Of a DNA stretch of 64,000 bases, positions 14,101 through 26,000 are shown piece after piece; position 1 is the stretch's first letter, and each line of letters opens with the position of its first letter. The notes under the pieces are model-generated. The model saw nothing but the letters and a program-made list of their open reading frames with translations. It had not been told where the DNA came from and ran no database searches. Source of the stretch: Phoronis australis (taxonomy: Eukaryota; Animalia; Phoronida); NCBI GenBank assembly GCA_002633005.1, contig NMRA01000034.1, forward strand, positions 142,136-206,135, in the 5' to 3' direction. Both the position numbers and the translations under genes were made by a program.

Positions 14101-14233
14101 TGTTATGCTGGTGATGGGGGATTTTGTCTTGACGACCAACTGTGAAGATCCTGGCATTGCTAAGCAATATCTAGAGAGGTCTTCAATGGACTTGAACATG
14201 GCTGTGGAGTTGTACTATGCAGACAATCCGTAG
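5134..14233 (+). CDS. PARP/ART family ADP-ribosyltransferase catalytic-domain protein with C-terminal UBA-like domain (about 508-519 aa from ATG 5134)
   Basis: Exons 5134-5683, 6068-6191, 6995-7184, 8271-8378, 8953-9237, 10716-10821, then 13768-13964 or 14070-14233. All GT-AG and phase-consistent. Motifs RIERVQN, ERYLYHGT, EEGLDMR..GRFGRGTYFSDNP..C..Y, CRVLLG, YDSVKG, YNEYVVY form the PARP catalytic signature, followed by a Ser/Arg-rich linker. Confidence 0.88.
9759..10572. mobile_element. PIF/Harbinger (Tourist-like) MITE
   Basis: TIR GGGCTGTTCCAG...CTGGAACAGCCC with TAA on both sides (9756-9758, 10573-10575). Related copy at 35439-36002. Confidence 0.85.
11330..12680 (+). mobile_element. 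Old, decayed copy of the HINE-like element with CCACTAG-type central repeats
   Basis: Aligns by eye to 32160-32700, e.g. GATGGATTCGAC..GTTGTGCCACCTTGTGGCCAT, CCAAACCGCTCAAAGGATTG, GTGCCCCCTAGTGGCAT. Boundaries approximate. Confidence 0.65.
13768..13964 (+). CDS. Alternative terminal exon A of the PARP gene: UBA-like domain (..LISEFMMVTNTDNPSKAKLYLQKASQDLNHAIVLYYEDL*)
   Basis: NAGNAG acceptor attcCAGCAG (13765-13770), phase 1 matching the donor after 10821. Pattern F-xx-VT...A-xx-YL...DL-xx-AI-xx-YY is typical of UBA-like (UBA_4; TTRAP/DCN1/p47-type) domains. Confidence 0.78.
14070..14233 (+). CDS. Alternative terminal exon B of the PARP gene: second UBA-like domain (..VMGDFVLTTNCEDPGIAKQYLERSSMDLNMAVELYYADNP*)
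   Basis: Acceptor ctctttattttgcag (AG 14068-14069), also phase 1. Same UBA-like pattern as exon A but diverged. Confidence 0.78.
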
Positions 14234-17033
14234 TCATGTAACCTTGACACTTGTTGTGAACACGCAATGCTCAAGTGAAGCACTGCCACAGATAAAAACA
14301 TTATGCCTAGATAGGTGCAGATCCTGTCAGTCTGCCGTTTGTCATAGGGCTGTTGTTTGGGCAATAGTATGATATAACGTGCCCATATTTTGAGAACCAG
14401 TTTGATGCCCGTTATTTAGTGGAGAAAATTGGTTCTCAAAATTTAGGCATGTTATATCAGACCATTACCGTTGTTTTTGTGGTAGAATTATCCTTTAGAA
14501 TTTTGAAAGTGGCATTGCTGAATGTCTGTCATGCTTTGCTCTAGTACATGGTTTTGTTGATGTCATGTGACATGGTATTTTTGATGTCATGTTACGTCCC
14601 AATTCTTCTTGTAAGTGTTCGAAAAGGCGATTTGGTGAATGTTCAGATTACCTATCTGGTAATCAGTTTACGTTACAACTGTTGCAGTCATGATTTTTTG
14701 TTGTATTGTTGAATTATTGCTTGACAGTCTTCGTTACATCTGTCGAGGAAAGTAATGTATTTCATTAAAATATTGCATGATGGCTTGGCTTGCTTGTTTT
14801 AGCTTGCCTCTTATTTATTTGTTCACACTAAAACTAAAACGTGGATAGATTTCAGATTAAGAGTAATATTTTTTCTGAAATGACTGAAATGAATAAACTG
14901 GCACACATTTATTACAAAATTAAACTTATTTAACAAATAGGTTTCCAATGAAACGAGATTATCAAATCTTTTTACAATATTCATTCACATCTTTCACATA
15001 CTTAACAATACACGATAAAAATAGCATTTAAATGCATTAAAATCTGTGCTGTGCACAGTTCCACCACACAGCATTATCACTGATCTGCTGCTTGAATGCT
15101 GTGGTTTCAACAGCTTAAATTTCAGTTTTACGAGATGCACAATGCAGCAAAGCTTACATTAGTCCAATACAGCTCAACTGAGCGATTTTATATGAGCAAA
15201 GGTCCGTTTCCATTAGTATGTGGAGCGTTATGTATTTAATAGAATAAAAGACGCGTTTCCATTTGTCCATAATCTGTAACGGATAATCTGTAGACAAAGT
15301 GTTTATTTGAAACAGATTGTGTAGTCTATGATTGAAAAACGGAGAGGGATTCCTTTCCATGACATCAATGATGAAGTTTTCAAAATAAAATTGCCAAGAA
15401 ATGCTTGGGCAATTTAATGAGCCTAGCATCAAAATTTCAATTGCCTACCTTCTGCCCTAGATAGAAGACACGTTCATGCTTGTCTAAAACTATAATGTCA
15501 ACTACATACATTCTTGCAGCATCACGTGCAGCAAGTACCGTCTGCTCCTGCAGCATCACGTGTAGCAAGTACCGTCTGCTCCTGGACCTGGTTTAAGTGT
15601 CGCAGTAGACATTTACTGTAATCATAGCATGATTTATCTGTGGACCTGTGAATTTTCACCTCTCGAGTTTTATTGTAAATAGGGCACCAAAGACAAGTGA
15701 GTTTTCTTCGAAAATGCATCATTTTCTACAGCCAAGAGGTATGGATACGTACAAACAAATTGATGATCGGGTATATCAGCCGTGCATCAAACACATGAAA
15801 ATGAGGCTTAAGGCGAAATCGAACTAATCTAAAAGACTGAATGCGTGTCCGATTTGACTTATCTATGTCCAATGTAAGCAAAGTACTTGACTTCGAAAAA
15901 CTATCGAGATATATTTCAGTGATTGAACTTTAAGAGCCTACATTATGACACACATTTAATGCTATGACACAAAGTGTATGAACTAGTTTTAATATCCAGA
16001 TCGCAAGAATAGGCAACTGTAGTTGACTGAGTGGATGCACGCTACGAAGCACAGTAGGGGGCTCTCCACATGTAGCCATCTGTCAAATTTATGCGAGTAT
16101 TTTAAACGCTTGGCTGTTCCAAACAGCAGCCAATGCCAGTTCAAGTGTAATGTTGCTCCAGAAAATATAGTCATGTCTTGACTACTGAAAATACACAAGT
16201 TTTGATTTACCTCAAGCCTGTACCTGACCTAAAAAACTTGAGTGTACTTAATATTTGGGACTCTTGATGGTTATTGTTTTCTTAAAGATGCTCTGTTTGA
16301 TGAATAAAATCGCTAAAATTCAAGATAAGACCAAAAACGCATTGTCAGTTCTGGTCTCTACGACACTGTATTTTGAGATCTGCACTCACCAACTAAAAAG
16401 CCCCCCCATTCAATTTCAACCAAAATCTCACGTTTATTCTATGAATATGCTCAAAGGCATGTGAGAAAAGGGCAAGCAAGGGTTGAAATGCCATGATTTG
16501 CCATGCGACAATAAACATCCTGCATCATTTTTGCTCATTTCTGTTTTTTTTTGAGAGAGCAATTAAAAAAAATTAATTTAATGCATCTACTTGAGTTTCA
16601 AAAAACAAACTAGAACTAGCTATACTGTTTTGTCCAAAACCAAACTTGTATTTTATAAATCCAAACTAATCATGATCTTAAGCCTAGGTACAAAAAGCAA
16701 AGCTGCATCCTTGAATTTTCAATAATTGCGAAAAATTCAATCAGGTCCCCGAAAATATCTAATCTCTGATTATTGCTAGAGAGTGTAAAAACATGCAATG
16801 CTGGAGTTTTTGCTCCCGGATCACAGACCATAGCTTGTTTCTATTATGATATATAACATGCAAAAATTCATTTCAATTTTATTTTAGCCATATTATTCAC
16901 CAAACTTGGGTTCAGCAATTCAAACAACTAATTTATGGAGCTTAAGCAGCTGAGTATAGCGTTCTGCATCTTTGCCATAAGAAGTAGGGGCTCCTTGTGT
17001 CAAGCCATCTGGCACAGCATTCATGTGTAACAA

Positions 17034-20000
17034 CTATTCCGCTTTTTGTTTAGTCTCTACACCACCATCTCCTGAGGAAGTGCTTTGTGTAGCTTTGTTC
17101 TGCAGATATATGCTGTCATCAATGGTGAAACTGAAATAGGAATCCAATACAAGGACAATCAACAACTTCATACCAGATTCTAATATCACAGTAAAAAATA
17201 AATGTATAAAACGCCTGGATAATTTGATACTTAGCACCTCAATCACAAGCTGACCACAAGATGGGCTACCAAGTTGTGATGAAACTGTCAATAATGTAAT
17301 GTATATTATGAATTCTACGAGTACAGTCAACAGAATCTGCTATCAATAATCTTATAGTTTTATTTTCAAAATAAAGGTTGTATTATTGTATGCTGCTTTA
17401 CAATGTATTATAACTATGAGACCTTATCACAAATTCGCCAACCTATTGACAAATACAATCGCAGCAAACCTACAAAGGCCAACTTCTTGGTCTATTAATG
17501 ATGACTAAATGTCAAAGCATCACAGAATATAATAGACAACAACAATCGAATACACTCACTCCCTCTTTGGGTCAATAGCCAAGTGATAATTTTAAGACCA
17601 CACATATTGTGCTTCCAATTCGAATAGCTTGGCTACAGACTATCAAAACATCAATGGATGCAGATTTATTCATACTCACCTGTACCAAATCAGTGCTAGC
17701 GGAGCAGTGCCGGCATGCCAGAGGGCATGTGCGTCCAACACCCACCAAATGGGAGGGAAGTCTAACAGCTCTAATAGGATCATGGCATCGACCAGCAATA
17801 CGGTCAAGGCACATTTCCTTACATAGTGCTGGCCCTTCCAGTGAAGCGCACACCACAAAAACCATCCTAGGGAGTTGATGGCACCTGAGTGAACACAGAA
17901 CTCAGATGAAAACAAATGAAAATTTACAATGAGAAATGATCAGGGCCTAAGAGCAGCAAAGTCATAACTCGAAATCTGATCAACCACTTCTCTGAAATTT
18001 CCCACACTTAGTAGAAGCATGCAACGCGATCGTCCAAGTCTCAAGTAACATTTGGGATATTCGGACCCAAGCCTATTTATTGAACATTACATTTTCAAGC
18101 TTGATGAGTGGGATTCTATGCTATTGCATGCAGCATACCATCCGGTTAAATGAATGGCAGTCAAACTGACTCCTTAAGACTTACAGTAATTTTTAAATTC
18201 GACAAAGTTTCAACACAAAACACCAACCAAATATTTGTTTCTTTTTGACAAGAACATTGTTTTAATGCTGTCTAATTATCAACAGGTGTTAAGCTATGCA
18301 CTTTCAGTTGTTGAAATTGTGACAACTAGACTGGCAGCTAGGTGCATTAATGTCACATCTAACTCCTGACTTTGGTCAACAAAAATGCCATTGCAGCTAC
18401 CAAAAGTTCGACTAAACTGCAAAATAATTCTGGCAAGAACTTTTTCCAAGTTTGGCAGGGGATATGTCAAAGTCTGTGTAGTTTAGTTTAGAAATTACTG
18501 TGCTTTGAGTATTCTTTGGCAGCATTATAATTTTTAGCCTATTCGCCCATGACTAGGATAATCAGGGCTTGGAATAACCTGTGACAAAAAGAGGAAAATT
18601 TTCCAGGTGATGTATCGTTATACAAATAAATTGACTTGTTTGAAAGGAGTAAATTCTGTTTTCAAATTTAACTCATTGAGAAATTAACATTTTTCATGGA
18701 TAAAGTCAAAATAATGATAAAAAAGAGACGCAAAAAAGGAAACTGATTATCAAATAAGAGTAAACTGAAGAGGAAATCCTCTTAAAGGAGGAAAATTCCA
18801 AACCCTGATAATGACAAACTATCTAGCCCATGAACCCTTACCTATGGAAACCATAACTTTCATGTTGTAGCCATAGTCAAACTTGACAAAGGCAAGGTAG
18901 TTGACATGATAAGAAAAGAATGCGATGAAGGCGGTGGTGATAGTTGCTACAGTGAAGTGGCGATGTGTACCAATAATGCGACAGGCTAAAGCATAGAGCT
19001 GAGTGAGCACCAACAGGGTGGCACAGAAGTAGTCGACCATCTGAAACAATATACATACAGGGTGGCACAGAAGTAGTTGACTATCTGAAACAATATACAC
19101 ACAGGGTGGCACAGAAGTAGTTGATCATCTGAAACAATACGCACACAGGGTGGCACTGAAGTAGTCGATCATCTGAAACAATATGCACACAGGGTGTCAC
19201 AGAAGTAGTCGACCATCTGAAACAATATGCACACAGGGTGGCACAGAAGTTGTCAACCATCTGAAACAATATACACACAGGGTGGCACAGAAGTTGTCGA
19301 CCATCTGAAACAATATGCACACAGGGTGGCACTGAAGTAGTCGACCATCTGAAACAATATACACACAGGGTGGCACAGAAGTAGTCGATCATCTGAAATA
19401 TACACACAGGGTGGCACAGAAGTAGCCGATCGTCTGAAACAATATACGCAACTCACTAACATTACTCGCTCACTCTTACAAGTTTTTAACATTGGTTTCA
19501 AGTTGACATACTCATCAAGTCACTGTGTGTCATAACTAGCTGAATGTGCATTTGTTATGAGAGTGTTGAACTTAGACACAATTTTTTGATTACCGGGAAT
19601 TTCCAAAAATAGAGCCACCCAAAAGTAAACCTATGGGCATATTTTTCGGAAACTTTTCCAAATGTGTGCCCATGAGTGTATTTTTGGTAACTGTTTGCGT
19701 GTTTTGAAAATATGATACATTGTTCTAAAATATGCATGTAATGTTTTGATGTAAAATTTCCTATTATTTTGACAAGACATTATATTTTGGGATCGCGACT
19801 TTACTCTGACAAATGACCATTCACTTAACGAGATATTGGGTGACTTTGTTGTTAATTAGCCAATATTAGCACAACATGATGAGTAGCTTTAACGAACTGT
19901 GTTTGCTGACTACAAAATAAGCATGGAAGAAATGCTTAGTGGTGAGATACTGCTACCGTACATACATTATTTCAAATAGTTTCCGAAAATACGCCCCTTC

Positions 20001-23000
20001 CGAAAACACACCCTGGTGTATATTAGGATTTTTTTGACGTTTTTGAAAGGTCGTTTTTCAAATATCTGCCGATGGACCTACTTTTAGAAATTCCCGGTAG
20101 TTGCAAGAAAAAAATAAAAAAATGTCAGTTTAATTCCTTGATTATCTTCCCGTATTTGTCATTGATAAATGCATCTTATCCGCAGATTCACTTCTTCCCA
20201 ATATATAACCACTGTGCTTCATTATACACTTTTGTAAAGATTTCCAAACTCCAAGAAACTGATTGGATGCCAAGCAGTTTAAATGCTATGTTCATTGGTT
20301 CCCATTGTTTGCAAGTGTGGGGCGATGAGTTATACAAAAACGCAGCCTTGGGCCAACAAGTAAAAGACTGTAATTTTTAATTCGCTAAAGAAGTTTGTAT
20401 CACAGGTTGCCCATACTACGACCACTAGAGGGAGTTTGGTCAGACAGTCAACATTGACAAACAGCACTATTTGCCAAAGCTCCATTCAGTGGTCATAAAT
20501 GGTGGTTATAAAACTGAAGTCTGCAAAGGTCCAATAACGCAATTCACAAGTTTGGTATCTGACCTGTGGAAAAAATTCTAAAATCTGAGACAACTAATCG
20601 CCATTTTTTCAAACCTTTCAGGAAAAGAATCATACTTAGTCTTGAACTCTTACCTCAGTTAGGGGTAAATCCCTGCAGTGGAACACCATAGATGCAATCC
20701 ATGTGATCACAGCAACCTGAAACGAAACAGTTGAAATGTGTGATAAAAAATATAAGAAACTTGCCAGTAGCACCACAACTTTGTTTTCACAGCAAAATCC
20801 TAATTATTCATTTCAAACTACACAGGATGCTCAGCCATGTCACTTTGATGTTAAAATGTTAAAGTTCAGTTTAATTAATTTCAAAGTGAGTTACAAAATT
20901 AACGTGATTTAACTCTCGGTTACAACATAAAAATTCCCAAAATGCTCACAAAATGTGCAACTGATCTCCTACATCACAAGAAGCCAACAATGTGTTGTTG
21001 ACCATAACACTGCGTTCTTTGATAGCGATCAGGCAAAACAAATGAATGCCGTCAACCAGATCCGTGTTCTTCACCTTTGACCTCGTCGAACTTTTCAGAA
21101 GACCATTGATAGTAAATCATTTCATCTATTCTACATACCGTGCATATCCATCCAAAATATGCTCACCCAAATATCCACCGGTGACACTCAGTCGAATCAA
21201 TTAAAGATAAGTGGAGGGAGGATGGATATCCTCTATATGCAGGGTATCGGCGGCATTGTAACAATATTCACGTGAACCAGTTTATAAAACTATTAACGAT
21301 TAATCCATGGGATATTTATGATATAATGTGAGTCATTAGTGTCATATGAATAGCAAGAAATAAAAAGAGTGCAGGTAAGACTTTGAAAGATGTCAAGAAT
21401 TTTGTGTTGAATGAAAATGGAGCAAATTTAACATTATCACACTGACCATTACAGTGCCGTCATCAGACCAGAATAAAAATACAACAGGCATTATCATATG
21501 GAGTCAAAAAACTTGGGAATCACACCTTTATTAAAACATTACACATTATATGCCTTTAACATCTTTAATCGAGAGTCTCAAAATTTAAGATTCACATTAC
21601 ATAAATATGATATCAGATCAAAAAAGAGCAACGCGGAACGTTGAAATGCACCCACGAATGCATTGCAAATGGTGTGCTTTTAGGGCATCATAAAAATGGC
21701 CACTAGATGGCGCAAAAACATACAATCCATTCAAAAACAGGAACATGCTGTATTTTATAAACATCTGTCGAGGAACTTCAGAGAAATAAAGGAAAACAGA
21801 ATAAAATGAAATTGCCACTAGTGGGCACAGAGTCCGTTGGATCCGCCTGAAAGTCGTCGTCTGTTGTTATCTTCATATAAATACACTTACTAAATTTAGT
21901 AAAGATCCTGCAGTGGATTTAGGAGATATCACTATGGGCGGAAACAAAACTACCACTAGGAGGCGCCACAGTAGTCAGTCACCATCATCAAAAGTTGTCT
22001 TCACACTGAGAACATATATGCCAATTTTTAAATGATTTGGTTGATACAGGGGTGGACACCAAAAACAAGATTTGAAAACAGCAAAAAATGGCCACTAGGT
22101 GGTGCAAAATATCTCGATTCCATCCAAAAACAGAAAGATAGTGTCATCACACCAATAGATGCCTACATTTAAAATTTTATGAAAATCTGTTGAGGAACTT
22201 TGAAGATACTGAGTTAAACATAAAAAAATTAAAACTGCCACTAGGAGGCACAGCAGTAGTCAGATCTGTCCGAAAGTCGTCATCATTCGCACTCAACATC
22301 ACATACATACACTTGCTAAATTAAGTAAAGATCCTGCGAACAGTTTAGGAGATACAGCCATAGGCGCAACAAAAACAAAAATGCCACTAGGAGGCACCAC
22401 AGTAGTCAGTCACCATCATCAAAAGTTGTCTTCACACTGAGAACATATATGCCAATTTTTAAATGATTTGGTTGATACAGGGGTGGACACCAAAAACAAG
22501 ATTTGAAAACAGCAAAAAATGGCCACTAGGTGGTGCAAAATATCTCGATTCCATCAAAAAACAGAAAGATAGCGTCATCACACCAATAGATGCCTACATT
22601 TAAAACTTTATGAAAATCTGTTGAGGAACTTTGAAGATACTGAGTTAAACGTAAAAAAATTAAAACTGCCACTAGGGGGCACAGCAGTAGTCAGATCTGT
22701 CCGAAAGTCGTCATCATTCGTACTCAACATCACATAAATACACTTGCTAAATTAAGTAAAGATCCTGCGAACAGTTTAGGAGATACAGCCATAGGCGCAA
22801 CAAAAACAAAACTGCCACTAGGAGGCACCACAGTAGTCAAAATTGTCAGAAAATCATCGTCAACCGTCCTCTTTAAAGTAAGCACATACATGCCAATTTT
22901 CACAATCATCCTTTGAGCGATTTGGTTGACAGAGGGGTGGACGCAAAAAACAGACTCGAAAACAGTAAAAATGGCCACTAGGTGGCGCAAAGTACGTCGA

Positions 23001-26000
23001 ATCCATCCGAAAACGGGAGCATAGCGTCACCTCACTAATAGGGGCCTACATAATAAATTTCATAAAAATCCATTAAGGACTTTTGAATTAAGGTAAACGT
23101 AAAAAGTGCCATTAGGGGGCACACCGGTATGTCCAAATGTCGTCGCCGTCCATTGTTAACATCATATAAATATAAATTTCGTAAAGATCCTGCGAACCGT
23201 TTAGGAGATACAGCCATAGGTGCAAAAAAACAAAACTGCCACAAGGAGGCGCCACAGTAGTCGAAATCCTCGGAAAATCATCGTCAACCGTCCTCTTTAT
23301 AGTAAGCACATACATGCTAATTTTCACAATCATCCTTTGAGCGGTTTGGTTGATACAGGGGTGGACGCAAAAAACAGACTCGAAAACAGTAAAAATGGCC
23401 ACTAGGTGGCGCAAACTACGTCGAATCCATCTGAAAACAGAAAGATAGCGTCATCTCACTAATAGGTGCCTACAAACCGAATTTCATGAACATCCGTTCA
23501 GGACTTTTGAAGATACAAAGGTAAGCGTAAAAAAATAAAATTGCCACTAGGGGGCACACCGGTAGTCGGATCCGTCTGAAAGTTCGCTCATGCCGTCCCA
23601 TTCATAAATGGAACATATATTCCAAATTTCATGAACGTAAGTCAAAGGGTTTTGGAGATAGAGCAGCGGATGCCGGACAGACACCGCCCCGACGGACGGA
23701 GATGATGGCATAATGCGTCCACATATAAATATGTGGGCGCATTACAAAAGTAGTCAGGGACATTTCTTGAAAGTAAATGCTATAATATCATTCTATTTTC
23801 TATCTGACTGAAAACAGCAATGAAGTTGAGCAAAGCTGTACAATTAGAGAAAACGTTGGTTACAACTGATTGGTCCAAAACATTGCCTCTGACAGTGGAA
23901 AAAAGCAAAAAATATACAAGTCAATAACAAACCATAAAATATAAATGCCAAACGTAGAACATTGGTGCACTGGATGGTACGGCTTTCCGGAACTTTACGA
24001 TCATGACTAAGTGTGACAAGAGGTTGAGAAATGAGAAGAGAACAGAAGCTGGCTCCTGGATACCAAAGACACGGATGAAGGGCCACTGAAACAATACAAC
24101 AAACATATTATGTTAAGTTTTCCAGAAAAAATGCAATTTCCAAAATAACTTTTGAAATTTGGAGAATTTTTACAGTACTACTGTATTTTTTCAAATGCAT
24201 AATTGGACAGGAATCAGCTTGTAAACATCCTATGACATCACAGATAACATGTGAATGACTGTAAACTGATTCATACAATCCCGAAATGTGCATTTTAGGT
24301 GATGAGATTCAACTTCAGTGTGATCATACGGCATGAACCACTGAGTTATCGTGATGTCACCGGATGTTAATGAGCGAATAACTGTCACAAATGCAATTGA
24401 AAAATGGTGCCAGCGCCACAGAAGAAATATCCCAATTGACAAGGCTTTGAAAAGTACCCATAATGTGATGACAAAATTCCATCTTATTTCTATCCCAGCC
24501 TTGTGCCTATTGTCTACTGCACTCAATGCAGCCCAACTGAACACTGTGAATAAAGAATCAGAGGTCATGCGCAGTAATGCCAAATACAACCAGATTAAAA
24601 TTCATCATCAGAGTCATGGAAATATATCACTAATTAAGGACACAATATGGCGGACAAGTGAAATTTTAATTTTTTGATTTTTCTCAAGAAAAATATGAAT
24701 CAATAAAGGAAAAAATGCATTTACACATTCAAGGTTTCTACCACAGCTACCACACAAATTTGAAAACAACAATGTTAGAAGCCTTTGAAAAGCGGCCATT
24801 TTGGTCATTATTTTTGTCTGGAATCGGTAAGATATTACTGTATTATAATGTGAAAAAAGTTTAATTCCTAATATATTCTTAAATTAAGTGCATGACAGTT
24901 TGGCACAATTCTGTCTTAGTCTGTCCAGTTTAATATCATTGGAAACTACTGTATCAGCTGGACTGTAGTAGGAACAGAGACCAACAAGCAAAAATTCCTA
25001 TCACAGGGCTCAACACTTGCAAAATCGTCCCGATGTCATTTGAGGTCAGGTCAAATTTCTAGGTAGCAATTTTAAAGTTAGAAATTTTTGTGCTGCATTT
25101 TGTGTAGAGTTGGGTAATTATCCTGAATTAGAGTACAAAGATAACTGTGGCGTGTTTGACCAGTTTTGTAGGCAACAGCAAAAATAGCATACTGTGTAGA
25201 AAAAGTGCTTTAGAGTAAATGCAAACCTTCATGAGTCATTGTTTTTGGTAGCAGGGAAGTGGTCAAAACACTCAGAACATAACATACACGATGTTCAACA
25301 TTCTTAGAGTAGAACCAGTCCTCAAATACGCTGCATTTACACGATATATCAGCTGAATAAAACATTATAATATTTTTGATCAACACTTGAAAGTCCTTGA
25401 ATAGAGGTAAAATTTAATTTCCCTACAGAAAATCTTAACTGCATCATGGCAGATAAGTTTCTTTTTGTCACATTTCTCAAGAAAATCAAAGATTAAGAAT
25501 AACCACAATGAAGTAAGCGCTTTTTTTCACTAGAATCCAGTTCAATTCAAACTAAGTCTTAACAAAATCTCTCTACACACTCCATCAAAATTGTAATAAT
25601 GTATATTGCAAGTCCATTACAATTTGCAGCTAGGGCACAATATAGCCTCATTAGACTCTGACAGAAGTTTGGCAAAATGTTATTTTATTGAGACAAAAGT
25701 TCAATTTAACTGCCAAACAATTTTGGGGAGAAATTTCTCCCAGTTTGACAATCTGATTGGAGATCTGTCGAAGCCTGTCTCATTTATTTTGAAAACCTGT
25801 ACCTTGCCATAGAACTGAGGTATGGGACTCTTGTCTTTAATAAAGGCGTCCACTGACACCCACATACACACGTGTCGGCACTCGTCAGCACAATTCCAGC
25901 GTAGTAATCTCATATACCTGTGAACAAAAGAAAAAGAAGAAACAGCCTAAGTCTATGTTTCCTTGAATAATAGCTAGAAAGTCTTGGGATGTTTTTTGGA

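Noticed and set aside
13104-15582. Small two-copy tandem duplications (~13108-13192, ~15516-15582) and a degenerate ~32-bp repeat at ~7460-7560
   Set aside because: Ordinary slippage-type duplications in non-coding DNA with no further structure.
19012-19448. Regular short repeat array resembling a CRISPR locus
   Set aside because: Units are contiguous with no unique spacers, derive from the PGAP3 splice junction, and there are no cas genes in this eukaryotic context.
22730-23414. Repeated ORFs MRHLVAIFTVFESVFCVHP...
   Set aside because: Translations of the HINE central tandem repeats; no Rep/helicase or transposase motifs.
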